DNA of 64,000 nt from Deinococcus sp. (GCA_965261005.1 OZ253375.1:2624001-2688000), one strand, 5' to 3'; shown: positions 9,389-18,308, counted from the stretch's first letter. A program made the numbers and translations. The notes: a model not told the origin generated them from the sequence alone.

Positions 9389-9492
9389 CTGAGGCTGCTG
9401 TGTGACCTTGTACGGTTCTGACTGGGCATGGTATACTCCTTTTACAAACGGCTTCGGCCTCGCCCCCTGTCTGTGTGACAGGGGGCAAACAT

Positions 9493-9885
9493 TTAGGGGC
9501 GGAACAGCGCCGCCACACCCTCACAGATCGCCGCGAAGTCTGTATGTGGCGCCATGCCGTCCTTGCGAATGAGCCGCCGCGCGTCAAGCGCGCGCACCTG
9601 GGAAAGCAGGGCAACGCTGACCCGCCCGGTTTTATAGCTGAATGGGTGGTAGAACGCCCCGCGCTTGTCCGTTGTAGAGAGTGGCACGCCGTAGAAGAAT
9701 CGCGCATTGAACTTTCGCGCGATCAACACGGGCCGCGCGTACTCTGGCCCCTTGCCATCTTCCTCAAAGCCGATGTTGACGCCAAGCGCCGCCCACCATA
9801 CTTCACGCTCGTGGAAGTACGGTGGGGGCACGGCGTCCGCATCACGCCTCTGCTTCACCACCTCCCATCCGGCAAAGTCCTTCAC
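9493..9885 (-). CDS. PemK/MazF-family endoribonuclease toxin
   Basis: EVWW..LGVNIGFEEDGKG...RPVLI, VPLST, LSQVRALDARRL. Confidence 0.85.
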   Translation of the reverse strand: MKDFAGWEVVKQRRDADAVPPPYFHEREVWWAALGVNIGFEEDGKGPEYARPVLIARKFNARFFYGVPLSTTDKRGAFYHPFSYKTGRVSVALLSQVRALDARRLIRKDGMAPHTDFAAICEGVAALFRP

Positions 9886-10115
9886 GCTCCAGCGCCCTCA
9901 TCGCCGCGTGGCTGTGTCGTCAATTCAAGCTCAAGGGCGTCAAGGATGGCTTGCCAGATGGGAGGCACGCTTCCGCCCCGCTGCCCCCCGTTTAAGGCGC
10001 GCGTGACCTCTTGTGGGGTGCGCTCTATCAGCCGCGCAAGGTCGGCGCGCGAAAGGTTTTTAGCCTGTAGACGGGCGTTCACCGCCGCTCGAATCTCGGG
10101 ATTCATAATTGCCAT
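9882..10115 (-). CDS. XRE-type HTH regulator/antitoxin
   Basis: NLSRADLARLIERTPQEVTRALNG HTH; 4-bp overlap with the toxin start. Confidence 0.8.
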   Translation of the reverse strand: MAIMNPEIRAAVNARLQAKNLSRADLARLIERTPQEVTRALNGGQRGGSVPPIWQAILDALELELTTQPRGDEGAGA

Positions 10116-10116
10116 C

Positions 10117-10172
10117 TTAGCACAATAGGCTAATTAGCACAAAGCGCTTGTAATATTAGCCAAATGTGGTAA
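10117..10172. promoter_or_regulatory. Three tandem operator-like sites TTAGC-N7-G(C/G)T(A/T)(A/G)
   Basis: 10117-10133 is a perfect TTAGC-N7-GCTAA; 10134-10150 and 10156-10172 are degenerate copies; AT-rich divergent intergenic region. Confidence 0.6.
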
Positions 10173-10248
10173 TATAAAAGCACCAAAGAAGGGGCCACGC
10201 CCTGAGAAAGCAAGCCCCTTCTTTGAGTCCCCTCAGTAGGAGAAGAAC

Positions 10249-10587
10249 ATGAAACAGGATACCAGCACGCCCCGCCCCTTCAGCCTTCCCCACACCGGCA
10301 TCGTCTTTGACAACCGGATCACCGGCGAGCGCGCCGAAGTTACTGCTGACGGTGTGGCCCTCTACTGCGAAGGCACGGGCAGCCCTGAAGAGGTTGTGAC
10401 CGTCACCCGTGGCCGCGCGCTGTGCTGGACTCTGAAGGTCCGCGAGGCGATGGCCTATGACCTCTACGGCTTTCTCTTCGGCACGTTGGGCTTGACCCTT
10501 CACAAAGAACTGAACTTGGGCCAGTACGGCCTGTTCGCCATCACTGAGTACCAGCCCGCCGCCGAACTGGCCCAGGCCGCCGACTGA
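10249..10587 (+). CDS. Hypothetical protein (element cargo)
   Basis: AGGAG RBS, ATG start, followed by a hairpin terminator. Confidence 0.75.
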   Translation: MKQDTSTPRPFSLPHTGIVFDNRITGERAEVTADGVALYCEGTGSPEEVVTVTRGRALCWTLKVREAMAYDLYGFLFGTLGLTLHKELNLGQYGLFAITEYQPAAELAQAAD

Positions 10588-10605
10588 GAGACGGGCCGTG
10601 ACAGG

Positions 10606-10636
10606 ACACCCCGGCGAAGCTGGCCGGGGTGTTTTG
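10606..10636 (+). terminator. Intrinsic terminator between convergent units
   Basis: acaccccggc-gaagctg-gccggggtgt-tttt. Confidence 0.65.
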
Positions 10637-10651
10637 CGGATAGTGCGGACC

Positions 10652-10879
10652 CTATAAAAAAAGGGCAGCACGCGCCATCTCTTCTTCGAGTGCCCGCAAG
10701 CGCGCCATAGCGTAGACTTCACTTCGCCACATCCGCTCAGCAACCCGCCGCGCCGTCTCTTCGCCCCCCTCTTCGGCCACGATGTCAAGCACCGTCAGCA
10801 CAACGCTCACCACGTCAGAGAGCGTAATACGCGACGCCTCCAACTTCTCCAGCTTCTCCAAGCGCCGCCTAACGCTCAT
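10652..10879 (-). CDS. Small protein with N-terminal RLxxLE motif
   Basis: MSVRRRLEKLEKLE; paralog of the adjacent 74-aa ORF. Confidence 0.7.
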   Translation of the reverse strand: MSVRRRLEKLEKLEASRITLSDVVSVVLTVLDIVAEEGGEETARRVAERMWRSEVYAMARLRALEEEMARAALFL

Positions 10880-11093
10880 ACCGTCCCTCACGCTCTACCT
10901 GGGCCAGCACCTCGCCGGCCCGCTGGGCGACCACGCGCCAGCCCACACGCGCCGCCGTCGCCTCGCCCGCCTCTACGCCTACCACGCCCAGCATGTCCCG
11001 CACAAATGCCAGCAGCTCAGCGCGTGGGACGTGCGAGGCCCGCCATGCGCGCCGGGCCGCCTCCAGCTTCTCTAGTCGCCGCTTCACGCTCAC
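10869..11093 (-). CDS. Small protein with N-terminal RLxxLE motif
   Basis: MSVKRRLEKLE; overlaps both neighbours. Confidence 0.7.
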   Translation of the reverse strand: MSVKRRLEKLEAARRAWRASHVPRAELLAFVRDMLGVVGVEAGEATAARVGWRVVAQRAGEVLAQVEREGRYER

Positions 11094-11557
11094 GGCAACA
11101 CCTCGCCCAACACGCGAACGTGTTCATGCAAGAACGCCCACAAGCCCGCCGCATACCGCGCCGCCCTGAGTTGGGGACAGTCCGGCGCCTCACTCGCCGC
11201 CCGCCAGCTATCGCGCGTCCCCGCGAGGTGCGCCGCCGCGCCCACCGGCGCCGGTTGGGGGGTGCCCACGTTCTCCCACACGTCCGTCAGCCAACGGTGT
11301 AAGTCGGGCGGGACTTCATCGAACGGGCCGCTGCGGGCCACCTGCCACGCTTCGAGTTCGGCCAGCTCACGTTTGCACGCCTCGCCGTCTGTGCGGCGGT
11401 CCCAGTCGAGTACGGCGTCTATTTCGGCCGGTGAAAGGCCCATGCTGGCCTCTTCTGTCAGCCACGCCCACTGTCTCGCCAGCGCCTCACGCCGGGCCGC
11501 TTCACGCGCCTCAAGCTGCCCCAGGCGGTGCCAGTGCCGGCCGCGCTCAGATGCCAC
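11090..11557 (-). CDS. Hypothetical protein with N-terminal RLxxLE motif
   Basis: HRLGQLEARE; overlaps both neighbours. Confidence 0.65.
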   Translation of the reverse strand: MASERGRHWHRLGQLEAREAARREALARQWAWLTEEASMGLSPAEIDAVLDWDRRTDGEACKRELAELEAWQVARSGPFDEVPPDLHRWLTDVWENVGTPQPAPVGAAAHLAGTRDSWRAASEAPDCPQLRAARYAAGLWAFLHEHVRVLGEVLP

Positions 11558-11798
11558 GCTCTCTCACCACCTGAATGATCGCGTCATAAGCGTCCTGGGG
11601 GAGTGCCGTTTGCAGCGCGTCTACCGTCCCGTCCGAGTTGAGCCGTCCGGCCCCGAAGTCCTCAAAGGCCCGCGTGACAACTGGGGTGTACGCTTCTGCC
11701 CCTACGAGTCGCAAGCCCTCAAGCGCCGCCGCCTCACCTTCGCGGGCGTGCTTGAGGCGCAGAGCTTCGAGCCGGCCTAGCCGTGCCTTGACGCTCAC
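11547..11798 (-). CDS. Small protein with N-terminal RLxxLE motif
   Basis: MSVKARLGRLE; 4-bp overlap with the upstream gene. Confidence 0.7.
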   Translation of the reverse strand: MSVKARLGRLEALRLKHAREGEAAALEGLRLVGAEAYTPVVTRAFEDFGAGRLNSDGTVDALQTALPQDAYDAIIQVVRERGI

Positions 11799-12082
11799 GC
11801 GGCGCCCTGAACCTTCAGGCCATCCGGGTTCAGGGTCACTTCGAGGGCCTGTAAGCGGGCCTCTAACTCGCCCACCTCGTAGACCTTCGTATAGCTGGCC
11901 GCCACCTGAGAGACGGCGTGAACGGCCTTGAGTCTCAAGTGCGGGTCATCTTCGGTCAAGAGCGCTTCGGCGGTCTCTAGAGCGGCCCAGAGCTTGCCGG
12001 CGACGGCTTGCAGATTGCCGGGCTTGCGCTTGCGTTTCTTGGCGAGGCGGGCCTGTGTGGGGTCAGCGTTCGGGTTGCTCAT
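11795..12082 (-). CDS. Small basic helical protein with C-terminal ELEARLQALE
   Basis: AAGGA RBS, KKRKRK patch, C-terminal coiled-coil motif. Confidence 0.75.
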   Translation of the reverse strand: MSNPNADPTQARLAKKRKRKPGNLQAVAGKLWAALETAEALLTEDDPHLRLKAVHAVSQVAASYTKVYEVGELEARLQALEVTLNPDGLKVQGAA

Positions 12083-12109
12083 GACGTGTTCCTTTCAGAG
12101 AGGGGGGGG

Positions 12110-12859
12110 TTACTCGCCGCGATACTCATGTGGGCGCGATTCGGCGGCCTTCTGAACGGCCAAGGCGAGGGTGATGCTCACCGGGCGGTCAAAGAGCTTG
12201 CCCGGCCCGTCTTTGGCCGCGTAGACGGCTGACACGTTCTCACCAAAGGGGCAGGTGTAACGCAGCGTGAAGGGCGATTGGTCGCCTTGATAGGGGTTGG
12301 CGTAGGGAGTGAGTAATAGCGCCTCGCCGGGGGCGCCGCGCGCCGTCAGTTCACGGGCGAGCGCCCCCCAGGTGTGCGCTTCTGTGGTTGAGTTGAAGTT
12401 TTGGTGTTCAAGTACGCTGAGCCTGAGTGCGGCGGCGGCCAGCTCGGCGGCCCTCGCCCGCTCGCCCGCCCAGTCCTCGCGAAGCGCACTGATGGCCTCC
12501 AGGCGTGCCACCACGTCCGCATACAGGTCTTTGAGCGCCGCGTCTGTCTTGGCCTTGTAGCCGGCCAGGGCGCGGCAGTGGGCTTCTAGGGTGAGCATGG
12601 CGTCTTCGCGCCGTTGCTGGGCCTCCAAGTGGCTGATGTGGTCATGGGCGCGCGCCACCTCGGCTTGTTGATCGCCCAGCAATGAGGCGAGGGCAGCGCG
12701 GGTGCCTTCCAACTCGGCCACGCGGGCGAAGTCGCGCGACTTGCCGCCGCGCAAGGTGTTTAGCTCTTGGGTCTGGGCCTCTAGCAGCGCGCCCAGTTCA
12801 GCGGCGTCCGTTTCGAGGGCGGCGAGGTCTTGGCGGGCGGTCTCAAGTGTTTTGTCCAT
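12110..12859 (-). CDS. Coiled-coil hypothetical protein
   Basis: Heptad-rich sequence from MDKTLETARQDLAALE; ATG at 12859. Confidence 0.7.
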   Translation of the reverse strand: MDKTLETARQDLAALETDAAELGALLEAQTQELNTLRGGKSRDFARVAELEGTRAALASLLGDQQAEVARAHDHISHLEAQQRREDAMLTLEAHCRALAGYKAKTDAALKDLYADVVARLEAISALREDWAGERARAAELAAAALRLSVLEHQNFNSTTEAHTWGALARELTARGAPGEALLLTPYANPYQGDQSPFTLRYTCPFGENVSAVYAAKDGPGKLFDRPVSITLALAVQKAAESRPHEYRGE

Positions 12860-12923
12860 ACCACAGGCTAGAAAAAGCGCCCCCGGCGTGACTGCCGAGA
12901 GCGCCAGAAGTGACGAAAGCGCC

Positions 12924-13145
12924 CTACAGCGCGCTCGCCCAGTCGAGGGGCAGGCCGTGCTTGGCGGCAAAGGCGGCGAGGTCGGCGGCGGGCACCACGC
13001 GCCAGCCTGAGCGCCCGGCAATTTGGATAAAGGGAAGATTGCCGTGATCGAGGTGATGGCGCACGGTGCGCTCACTCAGGCGCAGGGCGCGGGCCACCTG
13101 TCCCGCCGTGAGGTAGCCGGGCAGGCCGTCCGGCAAGCCGGTCAC
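12924..13145 (-). CDS. Excisionase-like HTH (HTH_17) protein
   Basis: YLTAGQVARALRLSERTVRHHLDHGNLP...WRVV. Confidence 0.8.
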   Translation of the reverse strand: MTGLPDGLPGYLTAGQVARALRLSERTVRHHLDHGNLPFIQIAGRSGWRVVPAADLAAFAAKHGLPLDWASAL

Positions 13146-13639
13146 GCGGGACGCTCCAAACGGAGGCGGGTAGAGCGCTCGCCCAGCGTCTCGTAGCCGT
13201 CCGGGGCCACGCGCGCCAGCAGCACCGGCCCGGCCTCAAGTTGCCAGCCGACTACGGGGGAGGGGGCAATGTTGAACAGCTTGAGCGTGCGCGGCTCAGA
13301 CTCAGCGACGTAAGCGCGCACGTTGAGCATTTGAACTGCGAGTTCGGCGGGAGTGGGGGGCCAGGTGGGCGGCGACCAGTCCAGGGCGTAGGGGTAGCCG
13401 CTGGCCGTGAGGGCGGTGAGGTAGAGCGTGGCGGCGGGACGCTCGGCGGGCAGGGCTTCGAGGATAGCGGGAACCTCAGCGCCCAGCGCTGCCAAGAGTG
13501 CCGCTTTGTGTTCGCGTACGGCCTCCAGCAGTTCAGCCGGTGGGGGAAAAGCCGCGTTCAGCCGCAGCGTGCCGGCCGCCGTGATGCCCACGCTGACGCC
13601 GTGGCGGGCCAGGGCGGGGCGCAGCTCGCCCAGCTTCAC
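13142..13639 (-). CDS. Hypothetical protein with TubC_N-like N-terminus
   Basis: LARHGVSV....GTLRL....PPAELLEAVREHKAALLAAL; GTGA overlap with the primase stop. Confidence 0.65.
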   Translation of the reverse strand: MKLGELRPALARHGVSVGITAAGTLRLNAAFPPPAELLEAVREHKAALLAALGAEVPAILEALPAERPAATLYLTALTASGYPYALDWSPPTWPPTPAELAVQMLNVRAYVAESEPRTLKLFNIAPSPVVGWQLEAGPVLLARVAPDGYETLGERSTRLRLERPA

Positions 13640-16554
13640 AGCTCCACCTCCCAATCGGACGCCACCCCTACCGATTCGGCAACTTGGGCAACTTGGGCAG
13701 TTTCGGAGCCAGTTCCCCTAAAGTCCCTAGCTCTCTCGCGTATAAGGAGAGAGTTATTAGGTTTAGGAGAATTGGTCTCCAAGTTGCCCAAGTTGCCCAA
13801 ATCCTCTTGGCCGGGAAACCGCCCCCGATTGGTCAGCTTCCAGCGCACAACGCCGCTCTTGACGCGCTCCAGGCCGACAGATGTACACGCCTTGCCGAAG
13901 TTCTGGGCGCCCAGCGGCCGGGCGCCGAGTTCGTCGCACCATCCTTGATAGCGTTTTCTGAACGCCCCAGCGCCCACACCCATCACCAGTTCAGAGACGT
14001 TTTGCTCTAGCCAAAAGTCGCGCAACGGGTCCACATCGTCCCAAAAGTCGCGGGTCGCGGCTTGGCAAACTTCGGCGCGGTAAATGTCGCCGTTGCGGTA
14101 CACCCTGTCCAACCCTTCAACCGCCCAGGCGGTGAAGCCGCGCACGAGGTCGCTGTTCGGGTCTTGGCGCAGCTCTTCCAGCCGGCGCCCGCCCAGCAGT
14201 GAGACGCCCTCCCGTAGCGGATGATCGAAGGGCAGGGCGAGCACGCGGTCCTTGAGGGCGTCATCGTAGGCTTCGACGCGCGGCGGGTCATTGGCGACCA
14301 TGAACAGCACGTGCGAGGGGCGGGCCGTGAAGCCCTCGGCGTAGAGCTTGCGAACGCTCAGCCGGTCGGCGCCGCTCAAGGTCTTCAGCGCCTCGGCGTC
14401 AAGGCGCGCGTTCCCAGCCTCGGCGCATAGCACCATGAGCTTTCCCCAGATGGCTGCGCCCAGGCGTTCGCGGGCCGCGTCGGCTGAGAGAAGCTTGGGG
14501 TCAATCGTGGCCGCCATGTCGCCTAGGGCCGTACTCAGAAGTTCAGTGTAAGTGCTCTTCCCCGTGCCTTTGGGGCCGAACGGAAACGGCACCGTGCGTA
14601 GCGTGCTCGCGCCGCTGAACGCGTAGCCGGCCACGTCTTGCAAGGTGTGGGCGAGGTCGGCGTCCCCCCCCGTGATGCGCTCCAGCACCTCCAGCCAGTC
14701 GGCGCGGTCGGCGTCCGGTTGGTACTCGACAGGGGCGAGGGTCAGAAGGTAGTCTTGCCGTCGCGCGGGCCTGAACTCGCTCTTATCCCACACACCATTT
14801 TGAAATCCGACTTTCCACGGGCGCGGCTCAAAAAGGCTGACATCTTTGCGGTACAGCGTCCGGGCGCTGTTGAGAATCGCTTTCTGTCTGTTGTCTGACT
14901 CTGTGGCCCTGGCCGCCCGCGCGTGAGCGTGGTACGCCCTTTCCATCGCGCTGGCCTTTTGCGCCATCGCCCCCGCTTCAGCCGCCGCGTTCTTGCCCTC
15001 GCCCGCCAAGCGCTTGGCGGCCACATCCAAACGGGTGTACAGCGCCAGCAACCGCTCAACTTCCCAGCGCATTGCTACGCCCAACCCCTGAACGCGCCGC
15101 TGCGCCTCAACTTGGCCCGCCCCATCCTTGCCGCCACTGAGCCAGCGCTGATCGTTCCATACGAGGTACCCGCCTAGTTCGGGCACATAGGCCAGATCGT
15201 CGCCGGCCAGCCTTTGCAGCCGGTAAGCGTGTGCCTTGTCGGTATCGGGGGCCACCACCGGCCAAGTGATGCCCAGCAATTCGAGCACCTGGGCGCCGCT
15301 GTAGGTGCCGCTCTCGCCTTCGGGGTCGGGAATATCCTCGGCGGCGGGCAGCGCGTCCGCTTCCGTCTCGACGCGCCCGGCCGCTTGACGAAGGTTGCCG
15401 CCCGCCTTCTTTTTTCCATCCTTTTTCTTGCCGGCGAACTCCCCAATCTTGCTCGGGTCTACCGGCTCAGCCTCGCCGGCCTCCAGACCGCTGCTGACCG
15501 TCCGCTCCAGTTCGTGCGGCTCCAGTCCTACCCGCTCGCCCGCCTCTAGCAGTTCGCGGCGCGCCTCGGCTTCATCCAAGAGGCCGGCGCCGACAATCCG
15601 CCCAAATCGGTAGCTGACTGCATTCAAGGTGGTGTTGCGCTGCCCCACGCCCGCGCTCAGCACGTCGGCTATTCCGCCCAGCCGTGCCACTTGCGCCCAC
15701 TTGGCCCGCGCGCCGGCCTGATCGGTCACGGGGCCACTCTGCAATTCGTCTCTCAGACGTTCCGTCTCGGCGTGGCGCTGCTGGGCGTTCTGTAGCCGGC
15801 GTACGCGCTCAGCCTCAGCGGCGCCTATACACCCGCGCAACCTTGGGAAGCTGCCCAGCAATTCTTCTCGGCTGTACTGGGCTTCTAGCCGGGCCTCCAG
15901 AATGCGGGTCAAAAAGCCCGGTTCCTGCTTGCCGTGCCAGTAGCCGGGGAGCCGCATCACGCGCGGCAGGTCGTGAACCGTCATATCCCCCCCGTAGAGG
16001 CTGGCGAGGTGCTTTTGCACGGTACTGAACTCTTCGAGGGGCAGGTCAGCAACCGCCCAGTAGGCATGGAACCGGCCGGCGCTGCTTTCGACTACGGCGG
16101 TCGGCGGCAAGTGGAAGCCGTCGGCGGGGAGGGGCTGGCCGTCAAGGTCAACGAACACGGCAGCGACCCGTTCCACCTCTTCAGCCTTGCGCCGTGTGGC
16201 GCCGGGTTTCAGGACGTTCACCGTCCAGAACACGCCCACACGGGCGATGTTGGCCGTCATGAACTGGCCCGCCTCAATCTCTGCCAGGGTGAAGCTGCCC
16301 TCGCTGGCCGTGCGCCCGATGGTACGACCCTTGCCGTCCGCTTTGGCGAGGGCGTACTTCTGCGTTGTGCGCGGTGAGCCGTCCTTGCCCGTCCAAGCGT
16401 CAAGGTGGTACAGCTCATCCGGCCCGTCTGCGAACGTCTGAAGGAAGGTCGGCTCACCGGGTAGGCGGAACATGGCGATCAGTTGGGCGGCTTCGGCGGG
16501 GTTGAGTTGGTCGGCGCTGTCTTGTGAATGTGGGAAAATATATGCGCCGCTCAC
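13636..16554 (-). CDS. RepB-type primase fused to D5/P4-family SF3 helicase
   Basis: VFVDLDG, VVESSAGRFHAYW, DLPRVMRLPG (RepB primase); GQRNTTL (PriCT-like); Walker A GPKGTGKST; LKTLSGADRLSVRKLY. Confidence 0.9.
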   Translation of the reverse strand: MSGAYIFPHSQDSADQLNPAEAAQLIAMFRLPGEPTFLQTFADGPDELYHLDAWTGKDGSPRTTQKYALAKADGKGRTIGRTASEGSFTLAEIEAGQFMTANIARVGVFWTVNVLKPGATRRKAEEVERVAAVFVDLDGQPLPADGFHLPPTAVVESSAGRFHAYWAVADLPLEEFSTVQKHLASLYGGDMTVHDLPRVMRLPGYWHGKQEPGFLTRILEARLEAQYSREELLGSFPRLRGCIGAAEAERVRRLQNAQQRHAETERLRDELQSGPVTDQAGARAKWAQVARLGGIADVLSAGVGQRNTTLNAVSYRFGRIVGAGLLDEAEARRELLEAGERVGLEPHELERTVSSGLEAGEAEPVDPSKIGEFAGKKKDGKKKAGGNLRQAAGRVETEADALPAAEDIPDPEGESGTYSGAQVLELLGITWPVVAPDTDKAHAYRLQRLAGDDLAYVPELGGYLVWNDQRWLSGGKDGAGQVEAQRRVQGLGVAMRWEVERLLALYTRLDVAAKRLAGEGKNAAAEAGAMAQKASAMERAYHAHARAARATESDNRQKAILNSARTLYRKDVSLFEPRPWKVGFQNGVWDKSEFRPARRQDYLLTLAPVEYQPDADRADWLEVLERITGGDADLAHTLQDVAGYAFSGASTLRTVPFPFGPKGTGKSTYTELLSTALGDMAATIDPKLLSADAARERLGAAIWGKLMVLCAEAGNARLDAEALKTLSGADRLSVRKLYAEGFTARPSHVLFMVANDPPRVEAYDDALKDRVLALPFDHPLREGVSLLGGRRLEELRQDPNSDLVRGFTAWAVEGLDRVYRNGDIYRAEVCQAATRDFWDDVDPLRDFWLEQNVSELVMGVGAGAFRKRYQGWCDELGARPLGAQNFGKACTSVGLERVKSGVVRWKLTNRGRFPGQEDLGNLGNLETNSPKPNNSLLIRERARDFRGTGSETAQVAQVAESVGVASDWEVEL
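13678..13800. repeat. Putative replication origin: inverted 9-bp iterons around an AT-richer core
   Basis: GGCAACTTG at 13678 and 13687, plus a degenerate third copy; CAAGTTGCC at 13780 and 13789. Confidence 0.6.
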
Positions 16555-16733
16555 GCCTCAGCGCCCCTCACGCCTACGCGCGCCAGCATCGCCAGGACCT
16601 CGTGGGCCGCGCTGATGTTGTGGCCGCGCGCCAGATCGGCCAGCGCGAGGCGCTGAAGGGCCATGAGGCAGTCGCGGCGAATTGGTATAATCCGGGTAGT
16701 GCTGGCCTCGCCGTGTTTAGGACGGTGAGGCAT
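16551..16733 (-). CDS. Small hypothetical protein
   Basis: Lies between the HTH gene and the primase with tight spacing and overlap. Confidence 0.5.
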   Translation of the reverse strand: MPHRPKHGEASTTRIIPIRRDCLMALQRLALADLARGHNISAAHEVLAMLARVGVRGAEA

Positions 16734-16735
16734 TT

Positions 16736-16963
16736 TCAGTTGCTCCCATTCAAAAACTCAAGAATCGCGTCGCGCGGGATTAAGTACTTGCGACCATACT
16801 TCACCGCGCGCAGCCGGCCAGAGCGCAAGAGGGCGTTGACCGAATTTTTGCTAAGCCGAAGGATTTCCTCCAACTCCTTGGACTCGTAAACGAGTTGAGT
16901 GATGGCTAATGCAGCTTGAGGTTCGTGGTCTGTCAATATCCCCGCTTCTTTCTGTTTCTTCAT
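16736..16963 (-). CDS. Excisionase/AlpA-like HTH_17 protein
   Basis: ELEEILRLSKNSVNALLRSGRLRAVKYGRKYLIPR. Confidence 0.85.
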   Translation of the reverse strand: MKKQKEAGILTDHEPQAALAITQLVYESKELEEILRLSKNSVNALLRSGRLRAVKYGRKYLIPRDAILEFLNGSN

Positions 16964-16970
16964 AGAGCCA

Positions 16971-18254
16971 TTGTTGTCCCGCCCAGTACGTCAACACAAA
17001 CCTTTGCGCTATGTTGACGCCATGAAGAGACGGCGCCGAAGCCACGAATCCCCTGACGATGACGCTCCGGCTGTAGGCGTGCGCGAAGCGGTGGCGGAGT
17101 TTTTGACGCAGGGCATGGCCCCGGAAGAGGCTGCGCGTGAAGCGTTGAGGGCACACGATTATGATCCTGACCACAACATGACACAGCTCAAAAAGGCGGA
17201 GAATTATGCACGGCAACTTCTAAAACAGCGTTCCAAAGAGAAAGGACGGGTCCAATATGTCCCTAACCTCTTGGGGAGTGAAGCGCGCCTGAGTTTTGTC
17301 ACCGCCTATACCCCTTGGCTACAAAGCATGCGCTTTGAGTTGTGGGGGAACACCGCACCTCTTTTCACGTCATCTGCCGTGGAGCCGCTTCTAGAGTGGC
17401 TGAAAGCCAGCGACACCCTAGAAGACGAGGCCCATATAGAGGGGATTCGGCTAGCCAATCCCCTGATATGGCTGTTACAAGCGTCTGAATCCGGGGCTTT
17501 TCCCCCTATGACGCAACGGACCCTTGCAGTTTCGCGGGCCATTGATCGCCTTCTAAAGAGCGTTCATGCGAACGAATGGGCACCACTGATCTACGAAGAC
17601 TCCCCTGGCTGGCTTGGCGCTGTACAGGCCGCAGAATGGCTGTTGTACGGCAAGTATCCGCTGCTGCCTTTGGCGAGCGCCATTGCTCCTAGTGAGTTAG
17701 CGCAATGGGGATGGGGGCGCCGGGGACAGGAAGACCCTGCGGACCACAGCTCTGACGAGGCGTTGCTCTTGCCGCTAGAGCAATGGGGGCGCCGGGGACA
17801 GGAAGACCCTGTGAACACCAAGATTCAAGGTTGGCCCAGCCCGAGCCGTATCGGCCTGGGTGCGATTACCCTCGTTATTTTCGACCCTGAAGCCGTCTCG
17901 GCCGATGCCGTGCGCGACCTCTACAAAGCTGCACGCGAGGCGAGCCGTGTTGTGCCCCGTGGGGCGCCGAAGGCCCGGTCAACAGAAGTTCTCGCCTACC
18001 TAGAGCTAGATTTAGTCCTACAAGAGCTGAGGCGAAGACTAGCAAGCGGGGAGAGAGTAGACCCGAGTACATGGCAATGGCAACCGGCGCCAGCAACGCT
18101 ATTGCATACCTGGCAAACGCGCGCACAAGAGTTTGACCTCAACCCGAATGAGATCAGGACGAGGGCCGGGGTACATGCATTCCAGAAACGCCGGGAATAC
18201 GAAACCTACCGCCCTGCCCTTCGAGCTGAGGTGAGCTTCTTCCGGCTCACCTGA
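16971..18254 (+). CDS. Hypothetical protein, lower GC, at the right end of the element (start may be 17010 or 17022)
   Basis: Long ORF divergent from the xis-like gene; internal 29-bp direct repeat. Confidence 0.7.
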   Translation: MLSRPVRQHKPLRYVDAMKRRRRSHESPDDDAPAVGVREAVAEFLTQGMAPEEAAREALRAHDYDPDHNMTQLKKAENYARQLLKQRSKEKGRVQYVPNLLGSEARLSFVTAYTPWLQSMRFELWGNTAPLFTSSAVEPLLEWLKASDTLEDEAHIEGIRLANPLIWLLQASESGAFPPMTQRTLAVSRAIDRLLKSVHANEWAPLIYEDSPGWLGAVQAAEWLLYGKYPLLPLASAIAPSELAQWGWGRRGQEDPADHSSDEALLLPLEQWGRRGQEDPVNTKIQGWPSPSRIGLGAITLVIFDPEAVSADAVRDLYKAAREASRVVPRGAPKARSTEVLAYLELDLVLQELRRRLASGERVDPSTWQWQPAPATLLHTWQTRAQEFDLNPNEIRTRAGVHAFQKRREYETYRPALRAEVSFFRLT

Positions 18255-18308
18255 AACCCGAATCGTCTTTTGGGAAGGCAAGGTATAGGGCGGGAGCGCT
18301 GCAATAGA

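Noticed and set aside
17711..17811. Two 29-bp repeats with a 43-bp spacer as a mini-CRISPR
   Set aside because: Only two copies, in frame inside an ORF, not palindromic, and no cas genes in the window
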